Assembly: GCF_018977255.1 (NCBI RefSeq)
Contig: NW_024704742.1
Span: 92,940,001 to 93,004,000, forward strand
Length of the DNA: 64,000 bases
Source of the DNA: Callorhinchus milii
Lineage: Eukaryota
Reading direction: 5' to 3'
The notes beneath the pieces were generated by a model. That model saw only the letters and a program-made list of their open reading frames with translations, made no database searches and had not been told where the DNA came from. Both the position numbers and the translations under genes were made by a program. Position 1 is the stretch's first letter; the number at the start of each line of letters is the position of its first letter. Shown here in pieces: positions 40,106 to 52,157 of the stretch.

Positions 40106-40499
40106 TTTGAGTAACATAACAGAGCCAGGTTTGTGCATGTAAGGTACATCTTCAGTGTTGGCACAGCAAAGGGTATCACTCTACTGTAATTTTAGTGTAA
40201 TCATAAGAATAATTATTATTCCTTGCCTTTGTTATAGCTCAGTATCACATCATTGAGACATCTCAAAGTGCTTCACAGGATAAACTGTAAAGTGGATTGA
40301 CTGCTAATATTGTGGGCAAATTGTACTTTCAACATATTTCATGACATATGGCAAAACAATGTAAATTACTGTAGGCGATGTCTGAATCTAACAGCAGGAA
40401 TCTGACAAGGTCCAGATTGCATTTGTATCTTATGTAATCATGTCACATGCTTGAGCTTTACAAAGTAAATAAAGATTGTAGTATCTTTCTGAGCATATC

Positions 40500-41400
40500 T
40501 CATTGGACATGCATATGAAGGAATTTGTAGCGAAATTGACACTTAGGTACTGTACTTAGGTACAGTTAAATCAAAAGCAGCAGGAGGCTAGCTATGAGAG
40601 CAAACATTGGGAAGACCTGAGTTTTAGAGTAGAAGAGTGGAAATCAACCTAATTGGAAGCTGCTTTAGCAAGGAAGAGATGTGAAAATTACATTTGCGTT
40701 CAGTGGAGATAATGAGGCCTAGAATGCCAATAGAAAGAAGTTGAGCCATTGAGGTGTGCAAACTGAAGGATGTTGATTAATATAGAAAGGAATCAGGGTG
40801 GAAAATGGTGAATCATGTGGGGAGAGAACAAAGTGAAAGAGCAATATTCTGGAGAATCATGAGTGATTAGAAAATGATCAATGGGGGGAATCATTAAATA
40901 CAACACAGGTAGAGATAGGAATTTAAAAGGAAACCAGAGCGTCATGAGGATATATATCTTTGGTGGAAGATCATAAAAAGGCCACTTGTTTATGTGAAGA
41001 TGTGAAGATATCTGAGGAAATGACAAATGAGTCATTAAAGTGGGCAAGCGTTCGAAGGTACGCTCACATACAGGTACCAATGCATTACCAGTGGACTGTC
41101 TCAGCTGGCAATCAAGGATGGCCAGAACTGATAAGGTGATGGGTAACTTAAGATTTGGCAACATCTTCTATAATTTTCTTATGGTCAAATGTAAAAGCAA
41201 TTGGGCGATGGTTTGTAGAGTAAGAGGAATGGCTTTTCTTAGTCATAGGATAAACATGACCAAATTTCCAAACAGAAGGAAACATAAAGTTGGAGCAGGA
41301 GTGTCCGTAGGAATGAGAAAGGACTGGGTTCAGAGGTATATATTATAAGCACAATATGAGAGATGCCACTCGGACCTCATCTGAGTCCAGGAAGTGATAA
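40500..41400 (-). mobile_element. Possible very old L2 endonuclease remnant
   Basis: Pyrimidine-rich minus strand with DHFLI and LPPK-like fragments; highly eroded. Confidence 0.35.
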
Positions 41401-41744
41401 GACAGATACAGATACAATTCTCAGAACACAATGACTGCTGTTCATGAGGTGTTTGTGGTCAGTCGCTTGTCTGACTCCTGCAGACCCATCACCATGTTTT
41501 AAAACAATAAACCAAATACCCTAATGAGAATTCAAGAAAAGATTATCTTGAATGAAGTGCACTCTTTCTCCCTGGAGGGGTATACTGTACTTGAATAATC
41601 CAAGGAAGTGTTAGGCTGGCAAGAGCCTAGGCATAGGGACACCAAGGGTACTGCTGAAGTTTAACCACAATTTGTCATTGTGAACACTGACTGTTAGGGT
41701 TATTAGAAGTTCAATACATAGAAATTTCTGCATAGAACATGGTT

Positions 41745-41975
41745 ACTCCATTCTGCAGTCCTTCCGCCTTACCCCCTCCCTTGCCTCCTTCAAGACCGAT
41801 CTCAAGACCCTGCTCTTCGACTGTGCTTTTGATCTCCCTGTTTCCCACCCCCACCCCCGCCCTCCACACTTCCCGACCCCCAGCTCGGATTCAAAACTCT
41901 GTCTGTCCAGCGTCTTGGGACATCCTCCCAATGTGAAAGGCACTACACAAATGTAATTTTTTTGTTATTGTTGTT
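41745..41975 (+). mobile_element. L2 3' tail fragment
   Basis: cttgcctccttcaagacc...cagcgtcttgggacatcctcccaatgtgaaagg. Confidence 0.8.
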
Positions 41976-42053
41976 ATTTGGACTAGTTGTAATCTGTATC
42001 TGTGTCACTACTACCTGTTTTTACAAATCAATCTTTTTTTTCAAATCAATCAC

Positions 42054-42616
42054 TGAGTCCTGAAGCTCAGTGGTTCGTGCACTCGCCTCACAAGCAAGAG
42101 ACCTGGGTTCGATTCCCAGCAGGGCGAAATGTTGGGCAAGTCTCCTTACTCTGCATGCCTGATAATAATCCCTCAAGCAAAAATCAAAAAAATAATAATT
42201 TGGTCTCTCAATCCACGACTGTTTGTGGGACTCTGCTGTGCGCAATTGGCTGCCGCATTTCGCAACAAATATACAGTCAATTCACTTTACAGTATATTCT
42301 GTGAAGCACTTTGAGATGTCGAGAAGACGTAAAAAGTACTATATCAAATGCAAGGATTATTATTATTATTACTATTATCTAAAAGGATACAAATTGACTA
42401 AAAATTTTGTGGGCAAAACGCAGCAGCCAATTGCACACAGCAGTGTCCCACAAATAGTCGTGGATTGAGTGACCAATTTTATTATTTTTTTCTTGAGGGA
42501 TTATTATCATTTATGTGGAGTAAGGAAACTTGCCCAAGGTTTCATCCTGCTGGGAATTGAACCCAGGTTTCTCGCTTGAGAGGTGACTGCTCTAACCACT
42601 GAGCTACAGGACTCCC
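42054..42616. mobile_element. Two SINE copies in inverted (tail-to-tail) orientation
   Basis: Plus copy 42054-42376; minus copy 42405-42616 lacking its tail. Confidence 0.85.
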
Positions 42617-42950
42617 TGGAACAAGAAACAAAGGAACTGGAAAGTCATAGAAGTGCAAGGGCAAGAAGCCAAGATGACCACAACCCAAAGACTGCAATCT
42701 TGCCAGCAGGTCAAAGCAGTGACTAGACAATGAAAATTTAACAACACCCGAGAAACCAAGAGATTGGCCTGACTTCTCTCATGACGTTGTTTTACGTATT
42801 GTGGTCTGGCGTGTGGGTGGATGCTGCTAACTGAAAGTTCGTGATAATATAGCAGTTACTGGAATTGTGGAGTGACTAAGCTCAGCTGGTCTTGTTTAAT
42901 ATAAGATAATACTTGAGGTGAACGTTTACTCTAGATGCTGCTACAAACTG

Positions 42951-43266
42951 TGGAGTCCTGTAGCTCAGTGGATAAGAGCACTCTCATTGCAAGCGAGAGA
43001 CCTGGATTCAATTCCAGGCAGGGCGAAACCTTGGGCAAGTTTCCTTACTCCAAATGCCTAATAATAATCCCTCCAAAACAAAACAATAATAAATTGGTCA
43101 TTTTCAATCCACGACTGTTTGTGGGACACTGCTGTACGCAATTGGCTGCCGCATTTCGCCCACAAAATATACAGTCAATTTACTTTACAGTATATTTTGT
43201 GAAGCGCTTTGCGACATCTACAAGATGTGAAAAGCGCCATAACAAATGCAAGGATTATTATTATTA
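42951..43266 (+). mobile_element. tRNA-derived SINE, short subfamily
   Basis: ggagtcctgtagctcagtgg...aaatgcaaggattattattatt. Confidence 0.88.
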
Positions 43267-44086
43267 TGATTATAAACTCATCTGAGAGCTGTGATTTTCT
43301 TTTGAAGGGGGGAATCCTCTATTTCCCCCCTTCTGCCCCAAAGGTTTAAATATAGTTCAAAGAGAAAACGTTGGTACCAGAGGTCTTATTTGAGTTCAGG
43401 AAATGAAGAATCCAACAGAGAAGGTGACATTAAAAGTGGATGTTGCTCATAATTAAACTGAAGTAGCCAATGATTACATAATAATAGTAATTCTTGAGTT
43501 TGATATGTTGCCTGAAAATGTTATTGAGACATTTCAAAGCGCTTTCCCCTGCTCTCTGGAACTTCATCTCTGAGTATTTGCATCTTGCCCCTTCCTTTGT
43601 CTCCTTCAAGACCTTCCTCTTTGATCACGCCTTCAGTCACTTTATCCCCCACCGGCTAGCTCCTGCCCAGCTCAGATGCAAACTCTGGACTGTCCAGTAT
43701 TTTGGGATGCCCTCCTTACTTGTAACTTTCTTTTCATTCCTTACTCATTCCCAGTCCTTCTTCCTACAGGATTTCCCAGTGCAGTATTACAACTCCCTTA
43801 AAAAGATTCTCGAGTTCAATATGGGGAGAGGGAGTATAGTTATTGTTAAAGTATTAGTGAAATGACGTGTCTAGAATGGGGAGATCAAATGTTAATTTTG
43901 GACAGTGGACAGCTACATATTTAGGGCAGCAAGTTTATTTTCATTAATTATTAAATGTATGGCTATTTAAACCACAATCTCTCAGAGGAGAACCAACATT
44001 GCAGACACAATCACTATTACGTATAATCTTTCCTCTATTATGCATGTTGCAGCTGGCGCCTCAGGTTGGACTATAAAAAGAATGAC

Positions 44087-44271
44087 CTGAAAATTTATCA
44101 GCAACTTCTCAAGAGTCACTGATAACTGGAGACACAGCAAACCAGTAATGGGAAATTTGCTTTAAGCGAGTCAACCATCTTCAGGCAACATAACGTCACA
44201 GAGCAAATACCAGTACCTCTATAAGCACTGAAGCCTTCTTCAGCTGTGAAGGCAGCAGATGTGTGCTGTAT
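44087..44271 (-). pseudogene. Pseudo-exon with LLPSQLKKAS motif (compare GKSxLLQQLR)
   Basis: Acceptor gtattatctttag|; reads YSTHLLPSQLKKASVLIE. It lies downstream of the FIHLR exon, matching the recalled motif order. Donor cag|gtcatt is weak. Confidence 0.35.
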
Positions 44272-44384
44272 CTAAAGATAATACATTACCCTTCTCCTAT
44301 ATATGAAGAAGAATATTACTGCAATACATTTGCACCATACACAAACTGTAATAATGAAATGCTAGCCTGCATTTTACAAAAACT

Positions 44385-44680
44385 ACAAAGGATGTTCAGC
44401 ACGGAAACAGTTCAACCAGCCCATGCTGGTGTTTACACTCCACATGAGTCTTCACCCACTCTTTACACCTCCTAAATCCTCCAATTCTCCTCTCCTTCAT
44501 GTGAAGGTCTAATTTCCTCTTAAATGCATCTATACTAACTGATCCAAACACTGCTTCAGACAGCAAGTTCCACAATCTCCCTACTCTCTGCATGAAGTAG
44601 TTCCTCTAATTTCTCTTTTAGATCCCCCTAGTCGCTATCTTATATTTCTGTCGCCTGTTTACAGAGTCCCCAACCATTAT
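44385..44680 (-). mobile_element. Degenerate CR1 3' end
   Basis: QRVGRLWNLLSEAVFGSVSIDAFKRKLD (track ORF 44396..44593). Confidence 0.75.
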
Positions 44681-45596
44681 CTTAATGAAATTTCCCACTT
44701 TATTATTGAATTATTCTTCACTAAACAGCATTCCTATTTGGTTCATTTTTAGAACTGGCAATATATCAAATTTAGAACAGCTACTAAAATAACATTCAAT
44801 CAAGAAAAGCTCATAAGGTCCAAAATATATAGAGCATGGTGAACAGTGTATTGAAATTCAATTCTGAAATGGTTCAAATTTGACCAGTTTAGGCTAAGTC
44901 TCCAAACACCTAAATATGAAGACAAAGTGCCCTTGATTCATTGTTACAACTCTTCTTCCAATTATACAACACTCTTTATTTAGAGCAATGTTACAAGGAC
45001 AGTGCTCGAAACCGTGTTGGGGTGGGGAGATGAAAGGGAGAGAATGAGTGGACCTTGACATGGTCATAGAAATAATTTTTTAAACAGCTTTTAAAGACAT
45101 ATAGAGAGTGGGGAAGTCGAGATGGAGAAGCAGAGGGTGGGGCATAATGCCGACCAATGGTGGGACAAAGTGGCGGGGGACATACAACAGGTTTGCCAAG
45201 CAGAGGAGGTAAGCAAAGCCACTAGTGGCCTTACAGAAGGAATATGCCTGTATTCTCAGTAGACAAATTTTTACAAATAGACAAATATTGGCCTGCAATG
45301 AATGGAGAAAAATGAATGGATGCCACCAGTGAAGAACGGATGGAATGATGTGAGGGCAAGCAATTAGCTAATTTTTAGATATGAATAATAATATTCCTTA
45401 TACTTAACATAGAACCTTTCACGTTGGGAGGACATCTCACATTGCTTCACACAATGTACTTTAAGTGTATTGATTGTAAAGTGTATTTTGTAGGCATAAT
45501 GTATATTTTGCATTTTGTATATGGAAAATATCAAGAGAAAATGATAGAGACAGTTATTTGAATAAAATAACGAGATGAATTTGAGAATAATAATCA

Positions 45597-45905
45597 TATA
45601 ATAATCCTTGCATTTGATATAGCGCTTTTCACGTCGGGAGGACGTCCCAAAGCGCTTCACAGAACACACTGTAAATTGACTGTATATTTGTGGGCGAACG
45701 CGGCAGCCAATTGCGCACAGCAATGTCCCACAAACAGTCGTAGATTGAAAATGACCAATTTATTATTGTTTTGGGTTTTGGAGGGATTATTATTAGACGT
45801 GTGGAGTAAGGAAACCAAGGTTGCCCAAGGTTTTGCCCTGCCTGGAATTGAATTCAGGTCTCTCGCTTGCGAAGCGAGTGCTCTAACCACTGAGCTACAG
45901 GACTC
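45597..45905 (-). mobile_element. Young tRNA-derived SINE, short subfamily
   Basis: Same consensus; small local duplication (ccaaggtt). Confidence 0.9.
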
Positions 45906-46369
45906 AGGACAGAATAATTATGATTAATATTTCTACTGTTTTTTTAAACATCTGATAGTAAGTGGGGACAGAAAGAGTTGGAGCAGAAATAAATACTGTA
46001 AATAGATGTGCAATAAATGTTTGGTAAAATTGCTTGTGGATCATCAGATGATGTAGACACTTAGAATTGAAAAAAGATGAGGCAAATTGGATAGAGGAAC
46101 TCAGAGTATATTGTGAATATTTACTTAATACACTGTTAAGCACTCTGAGATGTTGCCCTGCGTGAATGGCGCTATATAAATGCAAGTTGTTGCTCTTGTA
46201 TCGCATGTAGGGCTCATGGCCTCAGTTCCAGAGTAGGCAAAATTCCCCTGTTATCCTGTTTGAGAAGACTTGACTCACATATTTTTCACAATACAATTGT
46301 AGCGATTTAACTACATGTGGAAAAAAATAATAGGCAGTGTACATTTAAACAGTTTTCTGTGAAATAATA

Positions 46370-46757
46370 ATAATAATTAAGTCACTCAATCCATGACTGT
46401 TTGTGGTGCACTTCTGTGCACAATTGGCAGTCGCGTTTCGCCCATAAAATATAGTCACTACACTTTACAGTATATTCTGTGAAGCACTTTGAGACGTCTC
46501 AATGATGTGATAGTAATAATAATAATAATTCTTGCATTTGATATAGATCCTTATCATGTCTTCAAGACGTCTCAAAACGCTTTACTGTAAAGTGAATTGA
46601 CTATTATTCGTGGGTAAAATGCAACAGCCAACTATGCACAGCAGTGTCCCACAAACAATAGTGGATTGAGTGACCAAATTATTTTTTATTTATTTTGAAG
46701 GGATTATTACCCCCGGAAAAGTGATTCGCTAATCGACTAACAACCCGGTTACTACTG
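46370..46757. mobile_element. Two partial SINEs tail-to-tail
   Basis: Plus copy 46370-46510; minus copy 46514-46757. Confidence 0.8.
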
Positions 46758-47149
46758 GGCTTTTTAGTGTGGGCTTCTGTGCATTTCTCTCCACCACAAT
46801 CTCATGATGATCTCTCCCCCAAAATATCTCTCCCCAAAAATGTCCCTCCCTGTACCCCATGTCAAGCCTGTGGGTGTGTGTCTCCCCATGTGTTTGCTCA
46901 CTGTTCCTTTCACCCTCCTCCACATCCCCCAGTGACCTTGTGTCTCATCACCCCCCACCCCACCACCCCCCACCCGGTATCTCCACCTAATGGTCCCTAT
47001 CTCTCTCCCGCCCTCCCCGTTGCTGCCACACATGCCTGGGGAATGGCGGGGGAAGTGGAGGGTCTGGCCGCTAGCGGACGCCACTCCCCACAGTCTCGGT
47101 GCCAGAGAAGGCGCTATATCAAATGCAAGGATTATTATTATAAATATAT

Positions 47150-47408
47150 ACACTCCATCATAAAGCAGTATTGTGGAAATTCATCAGACTGTAGAAAATA
47201 TCTTAATATATGGTATCCGGTTAAAAGTTTTGTTATTCTTGTTTCCACCCTCTCAGATGGATGAAAGGATGTGTTCAATGCTATGTTACCGATTGCTCCC
47301 AGAGGTAGTTAGGATTGACTTTCCAGGAAGACTTTGAGAACATCCTATTCATTCAAAAGCAATCAAGCGGAGAGCCTTGCAATTTACCAGCAGACCAAAC
47401 CGTAAAAT
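47150..47408 (-). pseudogene. Pseudo-exon with FIHLR motif (compare C16orf71 TVFIDLR)
   Basis: Acceptor tattatttgaag|; TTC ATC CAT CTG AGA at 47265-47251 encodes FIHLR. Stops present; 3' end uncertain. Confidence 0.35.
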
Positions 47409-47689
47409 CTTCAAATAATATATTTTGTGAATAAAATAATTTAATACTCTGTTGAAGCTAAACACATTATTTTACTTATTTATATCAAATATATTTTGGT
47501 TGTGCTGTGAAGTGCTCTCTGGTCTTAAGTTGATTTTCCACATCCTGTATTTAATTCTGTTCCAAACCACTCTTTTGTATTTTTAATGGCTATTTCATAT
47601 TACCAAGATTGTCTCTGGAGTCAAACCTGTCTCTGGAGAGAAGGGGTAAACTACAACAGCAGTTTTACTGACTCTGGAGTCTAAATCAT

Positions 47690-48032
47690 GCTACAATGGA
47701 TTTGTAATTGGATCATCTGTTTGTTTGGGGTGAGTGCTGTAATCTAGATTGAGAGCTCTAATCTACATTGAATGCTATAATTTAGATTGAGTGCTGTTGA
47801 AGGCTATAAACTGGGTTGATTTTAGCACCTCGGGACGTCCTCCCGACATGAAAGGCGCTATATCTAGGTCACATGCTGCCATATGGGTCGAGTGCTCTAA
47901 TTTGGGTTCTGGGCTGTAATTTTGATCAATGTCAGTAATCTAGGCAGGACTGTAATCGGGGTTCAAGTCTGTAATCTCAACTGATGCTGTGATATGGTCT
48001 GAGTGCTGTAATCTGGGACCAGGACTGTAATC
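47690..48032 (+). repeat. Degenerate minisatellite, about 19-bp unit (tgagtgctgtaatctagat)
   Basis: Consecutive units from 47731: tgagtgctgtaatctagat, tgagagctctaatctacat, tgaatgctataatttagat; interrupted by an L2 tail at about 47823-47863. Confidence 0.7.
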
Positions 48033-48139
48033 CGATAGCCAGTTCACTGTTTTGATGAAAAGTTTAAATGCCATGATATTGGATCATGAACATGGAAGGC
48101 AATAAATTACTGGCTCTCTGAAACAAAGAATGCATTTGC

Positions 48140-48527
48140 ATGACCTAATAGAGGTTTTCAAAATCATGAGGGGATTTGATAGGTTAGAAAGGAAAAAACT
48201 GTTTCCACTGGTGGGTGTGTCGGTGACTTGAGGTCACAGATTCAAAATAGTCTCTAAAAGAAGCAGAGGGGAGGTGAGAAGAAATTTTTTCAGGCAGCAA
48301 GTTGTTCGAATCTGGAACGCATTGCCTGAAAGGGTGGTCGAGGCCGATTCGATAACAGCTTTTAAAAACGCGGTGGATGGGTATTTGAGGAGGACGGGTT
48401 TGCAGAGTTATTGGGAAAGGGCTGGGGAGTGGGATTGACATTACATTGCTCTTTTCAAAGAGGCGGCACAGACTCGATGGGCCGAATGGCCTCTTTTTGT
48501 GCTGTACGATTCTATGATTCTATGATT
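48140..48527 (+). mobile_element. CR1 LINE 3' end
   Basis: LIEVFKIMRGFD...VVRIWNALPE; tail gggccgaatggcct...(attctatg)n. Confidence 0.9.
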
Positions 48528-48730
48528 GGACTCCAGATTCTCCGATATGAAAAAGATACTAAACTAGTTCCTGGCCATTACTTTTTTTGAGGCAACATAA
48601 CTTGTTACTATTTAAGAAACCCTCGCTGTTTGTGTATTATTCAGCCTAATAACATGACATGATAATTATATGAAATAATAATAATCCTTGCATTTGATAT
48701 AACGACTTATCACATCTTCAAGACTTCTAG

Positions 48731-49077
48731 AATTCAAAATCCTCACTCTCACTTTCAAGGCTCTGCATGGCCTTGCACCCTCCTACATCTCTGACCTGCT
48801 AACCAGCTATCAGCCTTCCATACCACTTCCGTACCATTGGCCCCCACCCTTTGGAATCCCATCCGACAATCCTTCGCCTTGCTCCCTCCCTTGCCTCCTT
48901 CAAAGCACGACTCAAGACCCTCCTTTTCAACCATGCCTTCAGCTGCCCTCCTACCTCTCTGCCCTCATTCAACCCACCCCTGCACCCCCCTTGCTCGGGT
49001 CCTGATCCTTGACTGTTCAGGGCCTTGGGACGCCCTTCCGATGTGAAAGGTACTTTACAAATGTAAGTTTGTTGTTG
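48731..49077 (+). mobile_element. L2 3' fragment nested in a minus-strand SINE
   Basis: FKILTLTFKALHG-type start and L2 tail; SINE halves at 48673-48730 and 49078-49310. Confidence 0.8.
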
Positions 49078-49496
49078 TCTCAAAACACTTCACAGGATAT
49101 ACTATAAAATGAGTTAACTGCATATTTTGTGGGCAAAACGTGACAGTCAATTGAACACAGCAGTGTCCCACAAACAGTTATGGATTAAGTGACCAAATTA
49201 TTATAATTATTTTTCATTTTCCTTTTTTAAGGAATTATTACCCCATGAAAAGCGGTCCGTTAATCGACTAACAACCAGGTTCCTACTTACTGCTGCGTAA
49301 ACAGAGGCATGATATGTGTATGTCAAAATATTAGGGTTGGAAAAGCGTTCCTCAGGAGAACAGTAATGTTACTGATGTCTCGCCACCAAAATAAATCACT
49401 TTACTGTGTAAACTGTGTTTTCTGCAGGGGGACACTGATTCATGTGAATTGACCCTGAAGTGATCTGAGGTCTGCGATTGGCAGCCAAGTGCAGTT

Positions 49497-49818
49497 AATA
49501 ATAATAATAATAATCCTTGCATTTGATATAGCACTTTTCACGTCGGGAGGACGTCCCAAAGCGATTCACAGAACACACTGTAAAGTGAATTGACTGTATA
49601 TTTGTGGGCGAACGCGGCAGCCAATTGCGTACAGCAATGTCCCACAAACAGTCGTAGATTGAAAATGACCAATTTATTATTGTTTTGGGTTTTGGAGGGA
49701 TTATTATTAGATGTGTGGAGTAAGGAAACTTGCCCAAGGTTTCGCCCTCTGCCTGGAATTGAACTCAGGTCTCTCGCTTGCAAAGCAAGTGCTCTCACCA
49801 CTGAGCTACAGGACTCCA
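49497..49818 (-). mobile_element. Young tRNA-derived SINE, short subfamily
   Basis: Same consensus, full length. Confidence 0.9.
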
Positions 49819-50334
49819 CAGTTCCAGTCAGTCAGTTTGCAACACATCTAGGATTCACAGATCCTTTTGCAAATCTTTTAATTTAAATTGGCTCAGAGGT
49901 GGTTAACAAATCTCCAGCTCTATGTCAACGGAGTAGAAAAAAATAATAAACCTGAGGCTTAAATTGTCTAAAATGGGCCAAGCAGATATTTTTAAGAGAA
50001 TTATTTAAGAGAGTGCGATAATAGCTGATATGTTTGCTAACAAAAACTACTGCACCTGACAGAAATTTTCTGAGACTTGATAAAGTGAGATTGTAAAAAC
50101 TGCAAGTTCTCTCTTTCTTTAGGGTTAAATGGACTGTGGAAAGAGTGGCCTTTTTGAGTTAAATGGCCTTTTCTCATTCAATGCGTTTTTAGATTAATTC
50201 CTGTGTTTTGTGCTAGAGCTAGCAGAGTTTTGATGATGTAGTTTATAAACCAACAGACTGAAATATTTAATTACATCAATGATTTGACATAACTAAATAT
50301 TTCAACCTGGCGGTATTAATATTTCAGCCTCCCC

Positions 50335-50690
50335 TCTAACTCTGCGACCTCCTAACCCCCTACCATCCTGCTCGCTCTCTCCGCTCAGCGGGCTCCAGCC
50401 TGCTTCACATTCCCCACTTTGCTCGCCCCACTATTGGCGGGCGGGCCTCTGCCACTCTGCCCCAACCCTCTGGAACTCCATCCCGCAGTCCCTCCCCGTC
50501 CCTTGCCTCCTTCAAGACCCATCTTAAGACCCTTCTCTTCGACCATCCATTTTTCAATCTCACTGCTTCCCACCCTGCCCTCCAGCTTCCCCATCCCCCA
50601 GCTCGGGTCCAAAATTCCATCTGTCCAGTGCCTTGGGACATCCTCCTGACATGAAAGGCGCTTTACAAATGTAATTTTGTTTTTGTTGTT
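50335..50690 (+). mobile_element. L2 3' fragment
   Basis: Matches the 3' end of the 20316-23942 element. Confidence 0.8.
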
Positions 50691-51290
50691 TATTTGCATA
50701 TTTATTGTTTTGTTTCCACTATGAGTCTGAGAATGGGTCAATCAGACGACATTTCTGTGACTCATTCCTTCAAGGGAAACAAATAGGTAGTTATGGTGCA
50801 GCAAGAACTTGTCTTTGTTTTTTCAAGCACTTTAGATTGTAATAATGTCAGAGAATGTGCCCTTTTGCCCAAACTGCACATCCCAGCTGCTTTGGCACAA
50901 TAGTATTGCCCAAGGGAACCCTGCACTGAACTCAGCCTGAAATTAAAGTTACCATCAGTTGCTTTTGCATGTCTGGCGATATGTGAGCAGCTTTTTTAGT
51001 TTAAATATTTTGAAGACTATGAAACTCCCTCTGAATGACTCCACATGCCTTGTGCAAACCATACACTAGGCTGCAATGCTGGTCAACATGTATTACAGTT
51101 TTAAGTTGATCATTGGTGCTGTAACCAAATGATTTAGCTCAGATGGTAAAATCGTGTAAATTTTAACATTATTTTTTCTATTATTTGTATTCCAGACAAC
51201 ACTCATTTTCACTTCATTAGTCTTCACAAAGTGGCAACACAAAAACACATTCTGGCAAAGATTTCTTATTTTTTAATCACTAATTGGTAC

Positions 51291-51508
51291 TTTTTATTCA
51301 ATTTATTCCCTTTTTTCCTGCTTATTTTGTAAAATAATACTGTGAATTAATGTTGGTTTCCTTTCTGCCTTTCTGTTGCCTGCTCTGTGAACGTTTAGGT
51401 TAGTGTTCCGTCAGCGGCCTACGCATGTTAGCGAGGAGTTGCTAAGAAATGCAGCACTCGTCTTAGACCAGAGAAAGAATAAAATATTTGCAAACATTAC
51501 CAATGGAT
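51291..51508 (-). pseudogene. Pseudo-exon candidate
   Basis: Acceptor aattacttgcag|; reads DPLVMFANILFFLWSKTSAAFLSNSSLTCVGR*RNTNLNVHRAGNRKAERK. Donor uncertain. Confidence 0.25.
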
Positions 51509-51834
51509 CTGCAAGTAATTAGACTTGCAATGTGTGCCTTGTTAACCAAAAATGAAAGTAAAACACACAAAACAATTTTTTTCTGTCATTTAGACCACTC
51601 AAGTGAAACCTTGACAGAGTTCTTACAGCTGTTACTTAAGGACTATGCCAATAAGATGTGACTCACAGATCACAAAATTATCTCATTCATTGTCAGTTTG
51701 GCTCAGTTGTTAGTAGTCTTACCTCTGGGTCAAAGGATGCGGGTTCGATCCTCACATCATCACTATGCTGATGTTTGAGACTGGCACTAGTGCAATACTG
51801 GTAAATGCTGCATTGTCTAAGGTGCTGTCCTTGT

Positions 51835-52157
51835 GGAGTCCTGTAGCTCAGTGGTTAGAGCATTCGCTTTGCAAGTGAGAGACCTGAGTTCAATTCCAGG
51901 CAGAGGGCGAAACCTTGGGCAAGTTTCCTTACTCCACACAGAGCCTAATAATAATCCCTCCAAAAACCAAAAACAATAATTAAATTGGTCATTTTCAATC
52001 TACGACTGTTTGTGGACATTGTTGTGCGCAATTGGCTGCCTCATTCGCCCACAAATATACAGTCAATTCACTTTACAGTGTGTTCTGTGAAGCGCTTTGG
52101 GACGTCCTCCCGACGTGAAAAGCGCTATATCAAATGCAAGGATTATTATTATTATTA
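51835..52157 (+). mobile_element. Young tRNA-Ala-derived SINE, short subfamily, full length
   Basis: A box tagctcagtgg, anticodon arm with TGC, B box gagttcaattcc, CORE-like ccttgggcaagtttcc, Deu-like gtgcgcaattggctgcc, L2-like tail and (TAT)n. Confidence 0.9.

Noticed and set aside
42935..43285. Recurrent short ORFs ending in [10 protein letters not shown] or containing LFVGHCC..LAAAF
   Set aside because: They are translations of SINE copies, not genes.
51835..51910. tRNA-Ala-like gene
   Set aside because: It is the head of a SINE and runs directly into the SINE body; the acceptor stem is not intact.
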